This document shows positions 21,419 to 31,448 of a stretch of DNA of 41,668 nt, one piece after another. Each line of letters opens with the position of its first letter. Position 1 is the stretch's first letter. The notes under the pieces are model-generated. The model saw only the letters and a program-made list of their open reading frames with translations. It was not told where the DNA came from and did no database searches. A program made the translations under genes and the position numbers. Source of the DNA: a virus; the IMG/VR virus record IMGVR_UViG_3300045988_062043; one strand, given 5' to 3'.

Positions 21419-23920
21419 ATGGCAGCAGATGGTTCCATCATCATTGACACCAGAATTGATGATAAAAAAGCGCAACAGGGACTAAACCGACTTAACCGGA
21501 AGATTCAAACGCTCAACGACCAAATTTATGTCAAGCAACAGCAGAAAATGCCTTTGGTGGAACAGTCAAAGGAACTGGGTGCGCAGCTTGACGCCGCAAA
21601 GGCAAAGTTGGCTTCTCTCCAAAGCACAAGCTACGGCGGTGTAGGTAAAGCGGAAATCCAGGAGCAAAAGGAGCAGGTGCGTCTGCTTCAAAGCGAATGG
21701 AACAAGGTACAAGGTCAGGTTGAAAGCTACAACAACGCAATCAGTAAGGCAAGCTTAGAGCTTAACCTGTCAAAAGAGCGGGCCGGAGCCATTCAGGCGC
21801 AGCTTGCTACCGGAAGCGCTAGTGGGAAAAAACTGGCTAATTCGATGAATCAAGCCAGAAAACAGGCGTCTCGTTTTGCTGACAACATCGGGCGGGCAAT
21901 CGGAATGAGCCTTATGTTCAGCTTTGCGTTCCGGGCGGTGACTGCGTTTACAGAGTGGATGGGGAAAGTCATCAAAGTAAACGATGAAGCGTCGGAAGCC
22001 GTTGGACGGCTCAAGGGCGCTTTACTGACGATGGTTCAGCCGCTTTTCAACGTCATTATACCAGCCTTCACAACATTTGTAAATATTCTGAGTCGAATCG
22101 TCACCGCCATATCGAGCGTTGTATCCGCTATGTTTGGCATGACGCAAGAGCAGGCGGCAAAGGCGGCGGAGGAACTGTATAAGGAAACAGAAGCCCTGAA
22201 CGGTGTAGGGAACGCGGCAAAAGACGCGGAGAAGTCGCTTGCCAGCTTTGACACCATCAATAAGCTGTCTGAAAACGAACAAGGGAGAGGCGCTGGAGCG
22301 GCTGCTTCGGAGGGCATCAGCCCGATTTTTGAGGATTTTAACACAGAAGAATACAAGCGGAAAATTGACGAGCTGACGGCGTATGTTTCTGGTGCACTAC
22401 TTGCACTTGGCGCTCTTCTTGCCTTTTCTGGCGTCAATGTCCCCCTCGGCCTTGCGCTTATGGCGGCGGGAGCAATCGGCCTTGTTTCTGTGCTCGCTGA
22501 AAACTGGGGCGCTCTTGATGGTCCTTTGCAAGCGGCCATTACAAGAGTCCTTGTAATTCTTGGCACGGCAGCTTTGGTAATTGGTGCAGTATTGGCGTTT
22601 TCCGGTGCAAATCTTCCTCTTGGCATCGGGCTTATGGTAGCTGGAGCCGCGGCTCTTGCAGCGGCGGCGGCCATAAACTGGGGGTCAATGGATGCCGAAG
22701 TGAGAAACACCATTACCGGCATTTTGGAAATCGTAAGTGGTGCGCTTTTGGTTCTGGGCGCTGTCTTTACATTTTCTGGTGCCAATATTCCCCTTGGCAT
22801 TGGGTTACTGGTGGCTGGGGCCGCTTCTCTTGCTACGACCGTTGCGCTTAATTGGGATGGCGCGACCACAAGTATTAAACAGGTAGTCACGGACATTTTA
22901 CTTCTGATGGGCACAGCTTTTTTGGTAATTGGCGCTGTGCTCACGTTTTCCGGCGCAAATCTTCCTCTTGGCATCGGGCTTATGGTAGCTGGAGCCGTTG
23001 GGCTGGCTTCTGCCGCCGCCTTAAACTGGGAAACCGTTCAGGCGGCTTTACAAGGCCCTATTGGAGCTATTATCGCCGCTGTCAGCGCAGCACTTCTTGT
23101 TCTTGGCGCGGTTTTCGTTTTTACTGGCACAAACCTCCCTCTTGGGATTGGCCTTTTGATCGTGGGGGCCGTAGGACTTGCAACAACGGCAGTTGTTAAT
23201 TGGGAAACAATTCAAACGGCAATGCAAGGCCCCATCGGGGCGGTGACTGCAATAGTTAGCGGCGCTTTGCTTGTGCTTGGCGTGGTTTTGCTGTTTACCG
23301 GGGCCGGTATACCGCTAGGACTTGGGCTGATCGCCGTAGGAGCTGCCGGGCTTGTTCTCGCAATCACGCCAAACTGGAATTTCATTCAGGATGCAATTTC
23401 TGGGGCCTGGGACAGCTTTGTATCCTGGTGGGATGCTGGGCCAGCCAAATTCTTTACGCTGGATTATTGGGCAAACCTCGGGGAAGACATACTCAATGGT
23501 TTGCTTAACGGGCTTAAAAGCGTTTGGTCGAGTGTCACAAACTGGGTGTCAGAAAAAGTCGGCTGGATAACAGGCCAATTCACAGACGCAAAAAATTCTG
23601 CGCCAACAATAAATTCTTCCTCAACCAGAATGTCTGCTGCTATTAGCACAAAAAGCATTCCGGCTCTGGCCCGTGGCGCCGTCATTCCGCCCAACCGGGA
23701 GTTTTTGGCTATTCTGGGTGATCAAAAGAGCGGGACCAATATCGAGGCCCCCGCGTCTGAAATTGAAGCTGCCGTTGCTCGCGGAATGCAGTCGGGCAGT
23801 GGGGTTTACGGCGGCCAGCTCACGATTACTATAAAGCCCGCATCCGGGTTAACGCGATACCTGAGTTACGAGCTGGACGACGAGTCAAAGCGGCGTGGAT
23901 ATAAATTAGTCAAGGCTTGA
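21419..23920 (+). CDS. Tape measure protein
   Basis: 833 aa with an AAAGGTGGTGA RBS. Coiled-coil N-terminus and multiple hydrophobic repeats. Position fits. Confidence 0.85.
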   Translation: MAADGSIIIDTRIDDKKAQQGLNRLNRKIQTLNDQIYVKQQQKMPLVEQSKELGAQLDAAKAKLASLQSTSYGGVGKAEIQEQKEQVRLLQSEWNKVQGQVESYNNAISKASLELNLSKERAGAIQAQLATGSASGKKLANSMNQARKQASRFADNIGRAIGMSLMFSFAFRAVTAFTEWMGKVIKVNDEASEAVGRLKGALLTMVQPLFNVIIPAFTTFVNILSRIVTAISSVVSAMFGMTQEQAAKAAEELYKETEALNGVGNAAKDAEKSLASFDTINKLSENEQGRGAGAAASEGISPIFEDFNTEEYKRKIDELTAYVSGALLALGALLAFSGVNVPLGLALMAAGAIGLVSVLAENWGALDGPLQAAITRVLVILGTAALVIGAVLAFSGANLPLGIGLMVAGAAALAAAAAINWGSMDAEVRNTITGILEIVSGALLVLGAVFTFSGANIPLGIGLLVAGAASLATTVALNWDGATTSIKQVVTDILLLMGTAFLVIGAVLTFSGANLPLGIGLMVAGAVGLASAAALNWETVQAALQGPIGAIIAAVSAALLVLGAVFVFTGTNLPLGIGLLIVGAVGLATTAVVNWETIQTAMQGPIGAVTAIVSGALLVLGVVLLFTGAGIPLGLGLIAVGAAGLVLAITPNWNFIQDAISGAWDSFVSWWDAGPAKFFTLDYWANLGEDILNGLLNGLKSVWSSVTNWVSEKVGWITGQFTDAKNSAPTINSSSTRMSAAISTKSIPALARGAVIPPNREFLAILGDQKSGTNIEAPASEIEAAVARGMQSGSGVYGGQLTITIKPASGLTRYLSYELDDESKRRGYKLVKA
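22388..23400 (+). repeat. Six tandem ~174-nt (58-aa) repeats inside the tape measure gene
   Basis: Each unit is GALLVLGAV(F/L)xFSGANxPLGIGLxVAGAxxLAxxAxxNW plus a linker. NW anchors lie near 22503, 22677, 22851, 23025, 23199 and 23373. The 45-nt block gcaaatcttcctcttggcatcgggcttatggtagctggagccg recurs exactly. Confidence 0.85.
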
Positions 23921-23931
23921 AGGTGATACAT

Positions 23932-24330
23932 ATGAGCGCAAATTATATCAAAATCAATGGTCAGTCCTTCGACGCCAAAGTAGCGATCTCAGACTACGAA
24001 GAAAACTTTAACGTGCTGGATGGAGAAAATGCAGGGCGAGTAAAGAATGGGGGCATGGTCAGGGATGTCATCGGTACATATATTGGACATAAAATCACTT
24101 TTTTCAGCGCAAGCAACGCAGAAGGGTTCGATGCCCTATGGGATTACCTGGTGCAGCACTCTGTGGACGACTTTGTAACACTTGAAGCCGCCGATGGGCA
24201 AAGCACCATTATATACGAAGCATATTATACATCCGGCAAAAGAAAAATACGAACGGTGCAGGACGGCGTAAATTACTGGAACGAAATAGAAGTCAATTTT
24301 GTCCCAGTTAACCCGCAGGTGACGCCATGA
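23932..24330 (+). CDS. Distal tail protein-like
   Basis: 132 aa with a GAAGGTGA RBS. Position immediately after the tape measure gene. Confidence 0.45.
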   Translation: MSANYIKINGQSFDAKVAISDYEENFNVLDGENAGRVKNGGMVRDVIGTYIGHKITFFSASNAEGFDALWDYLVQHSVDDFVTLEAADGQSTIIYEAYYTSGKRKIRTVQDGVNYWNEIEVNFVPVNPQVTP

Positions 24331-26450
24331 GCTATAAAATTATATATGGGGACCGGACTTTCACAGCCAAGGATATCAAGGAGGGACATTGTTTCATCGG
24401 AAATTCCATTGCCGGGGACGAGCTCACAATTGATACCTTGGATGTGACGGTCAAAAGCTTCGACACGCAGTTTTTCCCGCTGACGGACTCGGACGGGTAT
24501 CTCCTGTGTGATTCAAACGGGCACTTCCTTGTGGCCCGGCCCAGACTGGATGATCTGACACAGTATGTCTATGGCGATCCAGTATATTACTACCATGACG
24601 ATGTGCTGATCGGTAAGTTTTTCCTGTCCTCTGTGATGCGGGTAGGGCTAATCCATTATAAGCTCTCCTGCATTTCAGGGGTCGGCCTGCTGGACAATAC
24701 CCAGCATTACGGTGGTATGTACACGGGACAAGCCCTGTCCGATGTAGTCGCTGATATTATTTCCGGCACGGTAGAGTACAGCATAGACGAGGCGTATCAA
24801 AGTATCCCTGTTTATAACTGGCTGCCCATCGGGACGCGGAGAGAAAACCTCCACCAGCTTTTGTTTGCGATGGGGCTCGCGCTGAAAAAAGACGCAAACG
24901 GAATTATACGGATCACAGCTCTCACAGACAGCGATCCAGCGGAAATCGAAGAGAGCCGTTTGTTTTCGGGCGGCAGCATTGATTACAACACACCGTCCAC
25001 AGCGGTTTCGGTTGCGGAGCACACATACATAGCATTTGCATCCGACGAGACGGCCACGTTGTTTTCGGGCGAGGCGGCGGCGGAAGATATCATTACTCCC
25101 AATGGAGTCAAGGTATCTGGCGTGCTTGTGCCGTTTGATGACCCGATACATGATCTTCGGATTGACAACGGGAAAATTTTAGAGAGCGGCGTAAACTACG
25201 CTGTACTGGCACAGAGCTCAGATTGCCTCCTCACCGGTCAAAAGTATACGCACATTGTACGGGAAATTTTACGCGGCGAGGCTGGGGCCAGCAAGGACAA
25301 CACCGCTACTGTTACGGACGCGACGCTTGTAAATCTGGCAAATTCCGAAAATGTGGCCGAGCGCGTACTTGCTTACTACAGCAAAGCACGCACTGTCTCC
25401 AATGATCTCGTGGTCGGTACAGAGCGCCCAGGCGACCCAATAAGCATGGATGACCCGTTTGGAGACCCCATGACGGGCATTATAAAATCCATGGATATCA
25501 ATATATCCAATTTGCTCAGAGCGCAAACCGAATTTGTGGAGGGGTACACACCCACCGGAATTGGCAATTATTATGAGCATCTCATTATCATCACCGAAGA
25601 TGGGACGGTCACAATCCCGGCAGAAGCAAAAGGCAGGGTGCGCCTTGTCCTCATCTCAGGCGGTCAAGGCGGCGCATCCGGCGAAAAAGGCGCAGACGGC
25701 ACCAATGACAGCCAAAGCGACGGAAACGGCGGTAAGCCTGGTGCGGGTGGTAAGGCTGGTAAGGGCGGTTCCGGAGGCCGCATTTACATTGCCACGATCC
25801 CGGTAACTCCGGGACAAACCTTTGCGGTAAAAATTGGGCGAGGCGGAGTCTACGGCTTTTATTCGGAGGACGGATCGGAAGAAGGCTCGTTTGGAGGAGA
25901 CACCACTTTTGGGGAATACTCCACCGCGAATGGCCGTGCATCTGAGACTGGATTTGTCGAAATGTTCGGCGGGGTCGTATACGGCTTGCCCGGTGATGAC
26001 GGTGTGGACGGCGGCAACGGCAGTGGAGAGGACGGCGAGGGAGAAAACGTCGTATATAATGGCGTTACATACACGCCCGGCGCACAGGGAGAAACCGCGA
26101 GATACGAAAGCAGCAGAATGACCGTCGTAGGCATTGGTGGCTATGGCGGCGGTGCAGCAGCAGGCCACAACGGGAAAGACGGCGATTCGGGCTCCGCAAC
26201 TTATAATGGCGGAGATGGATACGGCACCGGCGGCGACGGCGGCGCGGGTGCGGACGCGGATGCTCCGGCCACTACTCAGCACCGTGGCAGAGGCGGAACG
26301 GGTGGCAACGGCGGCGGCGGTGGCGGTGCAGCAGGCGGTGCATCGAATAACAATGTGACAACCAATAAATGGGATGGCGAGAACGGTATCGGCGGTGCGG
26401 GAAGCCATGGTGGGACAGGCGGCCTGGGAATTGCTTTTTTGTACTATTGA
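24327..26450 (+). CDS. Tail tip / tail-associated protein with a C-terminal glycine-rich domain
   Basis: 707 aa. Position after the Dit-like gene. The C-terminal ~280 aa is rich in GGxGG/GxDG (GGQGGASGEKGADG...GGTGGNGGGGGGAAGG). Confidence 0.6.
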   Translation: MSYKIIYGDRTFTAKDIKEGHCFIGNSIAGDELTIDTLDVTVKSFDTQFFPLTDSDGYLLCDSNGHFLVARPRLDDLTQYVYGDPVYYYHDDVLIGKFFLSSVMRVGLIHYKLSCISGVGLLDNTQHYGGMYTGQALSDVVADIISGTVEYSIDEAYQSIPVYNWLPIGTRRENLHQLLFAMGLALKKDANGIIRITALTDSDPAEIEESRLFSGGSIDYNTPSTAVSVAEHTYIAFASDETATLFSGEAAAEDIITPNGVKVSGVLVPFDDPIHDLRIDNGKILESGVNYAVLAQSSDCLLTGQKYTHIVREILRGEAGASKDNTATVTDATLVNLANSENVAERVLAYYSKARTVSNDLVVGTERPGDPISMDDPFGDPMTGIIKSMDINISNLLRAQTEFVEGYTPTGIGNYYEHLIIITEDGTVTIPAEAKGRVRLVLISGGQGGASGEKGADGTNDSQSDGNGGKPGAGGKAGKGGSGGRIYIATIPVTPGQTFAVKIGRGGVYGFYSEDGSEEGSFGGDTTFGEYSTANGRASETGFVEMFGGVVYGLPGDDGVDGGNGSGEDGEGENVVYNGVTYTPGAQGETARYESSRMTVVGIGGYGGGAAAGHNGKDGDSGSATYNGGDGYGTGGDGGAGADADAPATTQHRGRGGTGGNGGGGGGAAGGASNNNVTTNKWDGENGIGGAGSHGGTGGLGIAFLYY

Positions 26451-26459
26451 GGTGATAGC

Positions 26460-27422
26460 GTGGCAAGTATTATAAAAAAACTGATCAACGGGATTTTGGG
26501 CGACGTGGTACAGCTTGATCACTCCGCCCAAGATATTGACGACACCATCACAAAAACGTCCCAACTCACCGGGCGTAATCTGCTGGATAACTGGTATTTT
26601 GCGGACCCGATCAATCAGAGGGGACAGACGAGTTACACGGGCGCGGTATATGGGGTTGACCGCTGGCGTAGTTTGACCGGGAACACGATTTCCGTTGAGA
26701 TGTCTGGGCTGCGCATTACAGGGAGTAATGACACCTCATTTTCGAACATGATCCAGCAGAATATCCCAGAAGAGTTGTTAAACGCTCTGGACGGAAAAAC
26801 CGTTACAGCGTCTATCCTTGTATCCGAAAATACGGGCGGTGGCGCTGTAGCTGCCAGACTTGGGGCAGCCGCTGGAAGTGCTGTTACGACGGGGCTGTCT
26901 ACATATACAGTGACATTTAATAAGAGCTCACATTCCTATTTTTCCATCCAGTGTGCCACCCCTAAGGCCGCAAATTTCGTAGTGCAGGCGGTTAAACTCG
27001 AGCTCGGCACTCAACAGACCTTGGCGCGCAAAGCCGTAGACGGTACGTGGACGCTGATTGACCCGCCGCCTAATAAGGCGGAAGAGCTGGCGAAGTGTCA
27101 GAGGTATTTCTACAGAAAAAAAGGACCTGGTTCCTATTCGAATTATGGCAACGGTTATATCAACTCCGCAAATGGTGCATTTATTTTCGTTAATGTGCCA
27201 GAAATGCGAGTTGCGCCGACTGTTGCGGCAAGCGGCAATTTTAGATTAAGCACGCCAGGAACAGCAATTTCAGTTACTTCAATTTCTTCCGGCGGGGCAT
27301 CCACTAATGGGTTTTATCGGATTTCTGCATCTGCGGCGAACTCGTTAACATCTAATACGCCGGTATGGTTGCAGGCAAACAACGACGTCTCTACATACAT
27401 TGACTTTTCCGCAGACCTATAA
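26460..27422 (+). CDS. Tail fibre / receptor-binding-like protein
   Basis: 320 aa. GTG start with GAGGTGA upstream. Beta-rich. Position within the fibre cluster. Confidence 0.5.
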   Translation: MASIIKKLINGILGDVVQLDHSAQDIDDTITKTSQLTGRNLLDNWYFADPINQRGQTSYTGAVYGVDRWRSLTGNTISVEMSGLRITGSNDTSFSNMIQQNIPEELLNALDGKTVTASILVSENTGGGAVAARLGAAAGSAVTTGLSTYTVTFNKSSHSYFSIQCATPKAANFVVQAVKLELGTQQTLARKAVDGTWTLIDPPPNKAEELAKCQRYFYRKKGPGSYSNYGNGYINSANGAFIFVNVPEMRVAPTVAASGNFRLSTPGTAISVTSISSGGASTNGFYRISASAANSLTSNTPVWLQANNDVSTYIDFSADL

Positions 27423-27434
27423 GGAGGCAACAAC

Positions 27435-27788
27435 ATGGGAGGAACAAAATCCAAAGTGTACGTCCTCCTTGACGGGGACAAGATCATCCGCTGCGAGGGC
27501 GGGTATACCATGAGCAACATCCAGGACATTGACGCCTGGACGTACATCGACGAGGGCAGCGGCGACCGCTACAACCTGTGCCAAATCCACTACTTTGACG
27601 GGGGCTTATACACTGACGATGGCATCACCCGGTATAAGCTGGAGGACGGTCATGCAGCAGCACGTACCGATGAGGAGATCGAGGCGGACCGTGCAGCGCT
27701 GCCCAAGCCATGCCCTCCTGACCTTGCGTCTCGCGTGGAAGCACTAGAGGAGATCACAGCAGCAATTGAGAGAGGGCTATCCACATGA
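27435..27788 (+). CDS. Hypothetical tail-fibre-associated protein
   Basis: 117 aa with an AAGGAGG RBS, in the operon context. Confidence 0.5.
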   Translation: MGGTKSKVYVLLDGDKIIRCEGGYTMSNIQDIDAWTYIDEGSGDRYNLCQIHYFDGGLYTDDGITRYKLEDGHAAARTDEEIEADRAALPKPCPPDLASRVEALEEITAAIERGLST

Positions 27789-29146
27789 GACTAAGAGCAA
27801 CAGGCCAAACGCTGGAGTTAGTAGAGTCTGAACGACTGGTCTCCGGGTCGGTAGAAATCTATACGGCAGCATTTGAGTTTGACGCAGCCTGGGATGGGTA
27901 TGTAAAAACAGCGGTGTTTACAGACGATATGGGCCGCAGCGCTGAGATTGCATTGACAGATAATACATGCACAGTCCCATGGGAAATCCTTCGTGCGGGC
28001 AAGTATATCCATATAGGCGTATATGGAGTAAATGGGGACAAGCGATATCCGACAATTTACACGGCAAATGGTCTCAGGGTTTTTGAGGGTGCATTGCCCG
28101 CAAACCCATCTCAGCCCCCGAGCCCCACAGAGTATGAGCAGCTATTGAGCATGATCGGAGACACAGCGGCCCTTAAAACCACGGACAAGTCCTCTTTGGT
28201 TGCGGCAATCAATGAGATATACCAAGCAGGCGGCGGCGGAAAGTCCGTTACAGATGCTCAGGTAAATGGGGACGGCGACCTTATTATTACTCTGTCAGAC
28301 GGCACCACCATCAACGCGGGGCATGTAGTGGGCGCGGATGGTGCGCAGGGCCCAGAGGGACCTCAAGGGCCGCCCGGCGCGGAAGGAGAACAGGGACCAG
28401 CGGGGCCCAAGGGAGACACCGGGGAGCAAGGCCCGCAGGGGCCGAAGGGCGATACCGGTGCCCAGGGATTGCAAGGCCCAAAAGGAGACCAGGGGGAACA
28501 GGGCATCCAAGGCCCGCAGGGGCCAAAAGGTGACACCGGAGACACCGGCCCGCAGGGTCCCGCAGGTGCGGATGGCGTCGGCCTCCCCACGGTGACCGCA
28601 GAGGACAACGGCATGTATGCGGGCGTGGTGGACGGAGCGTGGGGCAAAGTGAGCGCGCCGGGTGGAGGTGGAGAGTGGACAGCGATCCAAACCTTAACGC
28701 TTACTGAAGAGGTTAGGACCGTTTCGGTCAATATGGACTCCTCCGGCGCAAGCTTTGCCTGCAAAGAGATTTTAATAAGGCAATTCACAACGTGCTCCGA
28801 ATCGTCCATACAAAACATGAGCATATATGTAAACAACTCGCCTGTGATCGGAAACATGCCGATGATCAAAAATACCGGGGGCTATGGTCCTGCTGAGATC
28901 ATGATCAACATTGTTAACGGCAGGGTCAAGGCCGAAGTCATATATGTCGATCGCGTGAAAAGCACGGCGGAATTTGAAACGATTACATTACCCTATAATT
29001 ATGTGCCGAGTACTGTAAACAGCGGAAAATGGATGACGAATATTCCGTTCCTCGACGCAAGCAGTATAACGTCGATCAAATTAGAATGTACTAATTCTGC
29101 GGTTACTTTCGGCATTGGCAGCAAATTTGATATTTACGGGAGGTAA
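27785..29146 (+). CDS. Collagen-like repeat tail fibre
   Basis: 453 aa. 27 uninterrupted G-X-Y triplets flanked by globular N- and C-terminal domains. Confidence 0.75.
   Translation: MRLRATGQTLELVESERLVSGSVEIYTAAFEFDAAWDGYVKTAVFTDDMGRSAEIALTDNTCTVPWEILRAGKYIHIGVYGVNGDKRYPTIYTANGLRVFEGALPANPSQPPSPTEYEQLLSMIGDTAALKTTDKSSLVAAINEIYQAGGGGKSVTDAQVNGDGDLIITLSDGTTINAGHVVGADGAQGPEGPQGPPGAEGEQGPAGPKGDTGEQGPQGPKGDTGAQGLQGPKGDQGEQGIQGPQGPKGDTGDTGPQGPAGADGVGLPTVTAEDNGMYAGVVDGAWGKVSAPGGGGEWTAIQTLTLTEEVRTVSVNMDSSGASFACKEILIRQFTTCSESSIQNMSIYVNNSPVIGNMPMIKNTGGYGPAEIMINIVNGRVKAEVIYVDRVKSTAEFETITLPYNYVPSTVNSGKWMTNIPFLDASSITSIKLECTNSAVTFGIGSKFDIYGR
28331..28573 (+). repeat. Collagen-like (G-X-Y)x27 coding repeat
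   Basis: [82 protein letters not shown]. Confidence 0.9.
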
Positions 29147-29149
29147 TCC

Positions 29150-29320
29150 ATGAGAATCTGTGATAACGGCATCTACCGCGACGCCACAGCAGAAGAGCTC
29201 GCGGAGCTGGAGACCATGGGACAGGCCCAGCCCCCCATCTCGCCCACAGAGGCGGAACGGCTCTCCGCGCTGGAGGCGGCCATGCTGGAGCTGATGATGG
29301 GAGGGACGGGCGATGGTTGA
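29150..29320 (+). CDS. Small hypothetical protein (56 aa)
   Basis: MRICDNGIYRDATAEELAELETMG... with GGGAGG 7 nt upstream. Below the track cut-off. Confidence 0.4.
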   Translation: MRICDNGIYRDATAEELAELETMGQAQPPISPTEAERLSALEAAMLELMMGGTGDG

Positions 29321-29429
29321 GTTTATCCGCATCCAGTATCGTCTGGGCCGTCTGACGGCGGAGCAGGTGCGCTCCATGGCCCCGAAGTGGATCGCTACCG
29401 ATCAGGCGGAAGAGATTATCCATATGTGA
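29313..29429 (+). CDS. XkdX-like small phage protein (38 aa)
   Basis: MVEFIRIQYRLGRLTAEQVRSMAPKWIATDQAEEI resembles the XkdX family pattern. Overlaps the previous ORF by 8 nt. Confidence 0.45.
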   Translation: MVEFIRIQYRLGRLTAEQVRSMAPKWIATDQAEEIIHM

Positions 29430-29459
29430 CAGGCCGAAAGGCCGGAAAGGAAAATTATT

Positions 29460-29783
29460 ATGAAGCATCTGTACGAGTACATCAATGAGATCATGGACAT
29501 CGCCTCCGTCAACCACGCGGAGCCGCAGAACGCCAAGGATATGTTTTTGGCCAACGTCAGGAACGCCGGGGACCCCACGCTGCCCCACTACAGGGGCGCG
29601 GGGAATGTGGACTACGCCGCGCTGGCGGAGGACCTGCCCAGACTGACCCGAGAGGGAGCGGCCCTCACTCAGGCGTTATTTGACCACTACAAGGCGCTGG
29701 TGGAGCTACACAGGGCCGGGCGGTACGCCGAGGCGGTGGAGCTGATGCGCGGGGCTGTGGAGGCGGCTGAGGGCGATGAGTAA
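29460..29783 (+). CDS. Hypothetical protein
   Basis: 107 aa. Upstream of the endolysin gene, with an 8-nt overlap. Confidence 0.5.
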   Translation: MKHLYEYINEIMDIASVNHAEPQNAKDMFLANVRNAGDPTLPHYRGAGNVDYAALAEDLPRLTREGAALTQALFDHYKALVELHRAGRYAEAVELMRGAVEAAEGDE

Positions 29784-31152
29784 GTACGTCGCCTCCATCC
29801 CACTGGGGGACATAGACAGGATACGAATCTACATCAACTCCGGCAAGCTGTCCCTCCGGCAGATTGTGGCCCAGGAGGCGCCAGACCTTGCGATCACGGG
29901 CAACTTCTGGCTCTACGAGACCTACCGCCCCACATGCCCCATCAAGGCTGACGGGAAGGTGCTGGCGACCGACGCATACCACTACCCGGCTCTGATCTGG
30001 GATACCGGGCCGGACATCTCCATGGGCATAATCCCGCCCGGCGGGGCCTGCGGCAAAATGAACTATATTGCAAATGCCGCCGGACTCTACCAGGGCAAGC
30101 CGGAGACCATGTACTGCAAGGCTGACGTGCGCGGCAGACGTGGCCGGACCGGGTGGGGCTTCTGCGGCGGGGCGCTCGCCTTTATCGCCTTCCCGGATGG
30201 GAGCGACGGCATGGAGCCGGAGGAGCTGCGGGACTACGTGCAGGGCCTCGGATGGTCTGACTTCATCATGGGCGACGGCGGACGCAAGGTGAACTATTAT
30301 AACAGATCCACCGGGGATATGGTGCAGGGCCGTGACCCAAGCCAGAATCTGATTTTAGTCTACAAACGTAAGAGGGCCCCATCCGAGCCCGACGACAGCG
30401 ATAAGGAGGACAAGCCTATGAGCACAAAATACACCGTCTGTCTTGACCCCGGCCACGGTCCGGACACGGTCAATGGGTCTCCAGACGGGAGTTACAAAGA
30501 GAGAGAATTTGCCTGGGATATGTATACCCGCATCCGCCCACTGTTGGAACGGCATGGCGTCAATGTGATCTGCACCAGGACGGATGACACCAAGCCCAGT
30601 CTGACCGCCCGTTGCGAGGTGAGCAACAAGGCGGGAGCGGACCTGTTTGTCTCTCTGCACTCCAACGCCGATGGCGGCTCCGGCTGGGGGACGGCGCGGG
30701 GGCTGCTGGTCTATACCTCCAGCGGGCCCATGACGGCCAAGCGCAATGTGGCTGCCACTGCCATTGTCAACCGGGCCCATGAGGCGGGGGTATTGCTCCA
30801 CGGGAGCGGCGTCGCCCACCAGATCGAGTACACGGTGCTGGCAAAGACCGACGCACCCGCCGTGCTCATCGAGTATGGATTCCACACCAACCAGGAGGAC
30901 ATTGGTCTGCTGAAAGACAGCTCCTACCGGGACAAGCTGGCAGAGGCCACGGCAAAGGGCGTGTGCGACTTCCTGGGCATCGCCTGGACGGCTGAGAGTG
31001 GCGGGGATGGCACAGATATCCCAGCAGCCGATTGGGCCGCTGAGGCGTGGCAAAAGGCCAAGAGCAATGGTGTCATGGACGGCACCCGGCCTACAGAACC
31101 GATTACCCGGCAGGAGCTGGCCCTGGTGCTGGACCGGCTGAATTTGATTTGA
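29776..31152 (+). CDS. Multidomain endolysin: N-terminal phosphodiester-glycosidase-like (DUF2233/NAGPA-like) domain, Amidase_3 domain, and a C-terminal SLH-like tail
   Basis: 458 aa. The central Amidase_3 signature is VCLDPGHGPDT...ADLFVSLHSNA...EYGFHTN. The N-terminal 200 aa has ITGNFW...GRTGWGF...IMGDGG. The C-terminus is GVMDGTRPTEPITRQELALVLDRL. Confidence 0.75.
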   Translation: MSKYVASIPLGDIDRIRIYINSGKLSLRQIVAQEAPDLAITGNFWLYETYRPTCPIKADGKVLATDAYHYPALIWDTGPDISMGIIPPGGACGKMNYIANAAGLYQGKPETMYCKADVRGRRGRTGWGFCGGALAFIAFPDGSDGMEPEELRDYVQGLGWSDFIMGDGGRKVNYYNRSTGDMVQGRDPSQNLILVYKRKRAPSEPDDSDKEDKPMSTKYTVCLDPGHGPDTVNGSPDGSYKEREFAWDMYTRIRPLLERHGVNVICTRTDDTKPSLTARCEVSNKAGADLFVSLHSNADGGSGWGTARGLLVYTSSGPMTAKRNVAATAIVNRAHEAGVLLHGSGVAHQIEYTVLAKTDAPAVLIEYGFHTNQEDIGLLKDSSYRDKLAEATAKGVCDFLGIAWTAESGGDGTDIPAADWAAEAWQKAKSNGVMDGTRPTEPITRQELALVLDRLNLI

Positions 31153-31166
31153 TGGAGGTACTTACT

Positions 31167-31445
31167 ATGGATATTACTGAGCTCGGCATTGCGGCGCTGC
31201 CCGCGATCACTGTCATCTGCCTGCTGGTGGCCCAGGCCGCCAAGGCCACGGCGCTGGACAACAAATGGCTCCCGGTCATCTGCGGTGCGGTGGGCGGTGC
31301 GCTGGGTGCGCTGGCGATGCGCATCATGCCGGATTACCCGGCGCAGGATTACATCACCGCCGTTGCAGTTGGCATCGTCTCCGGTCTCGCGGCAACCGGC
31401 GTCAATCAGGTTTATAAACAGCTCACCGGAGGTAAGGAGGGCTAA
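31167..31445 (+). CDS. Holin
   Basis: 92 aa with 2-3 TM segments and the tail GIVSGLAATGVNQVYKQLTGG. GGAGGT lies 7 nt upstream. An in-frame ATG at 31152 gives a possible 5-codon-longer form. Confidence 0.7.
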   Translation: MDITELGIAALPAITVICLLVAQAAKATALDNKWLPVICGAVGGALGALAMRIMPDYPAQDYITAVAVGIVSGLAATGVNQVYKQLTGGKEG

Positions 31446-31448
31446 GCA

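Noticed and set aside
22036-22974. 312-aa minus-strand ORF inside the tape measure gene
   Set aside because: It is a mirror image of the Ala/Gly/Leu-rich TMP repeats (A/P/R-rich nonsense). It has no RBS, and the TMP frame is continuous and positionally expected.
25656-26564. 302-aa minus-strand ORF
   Set aside because: It is antisense to the glycine-rich (GGN codon) tail-protein domain. It is open only because GGN/NCC repeats lack stops.
30355-31053. 232-aa minus-strand ORF
   Set aside because: It is antisense to the Amidase_3 domain of the endolysin, which has unambiguous catalytic motifs.
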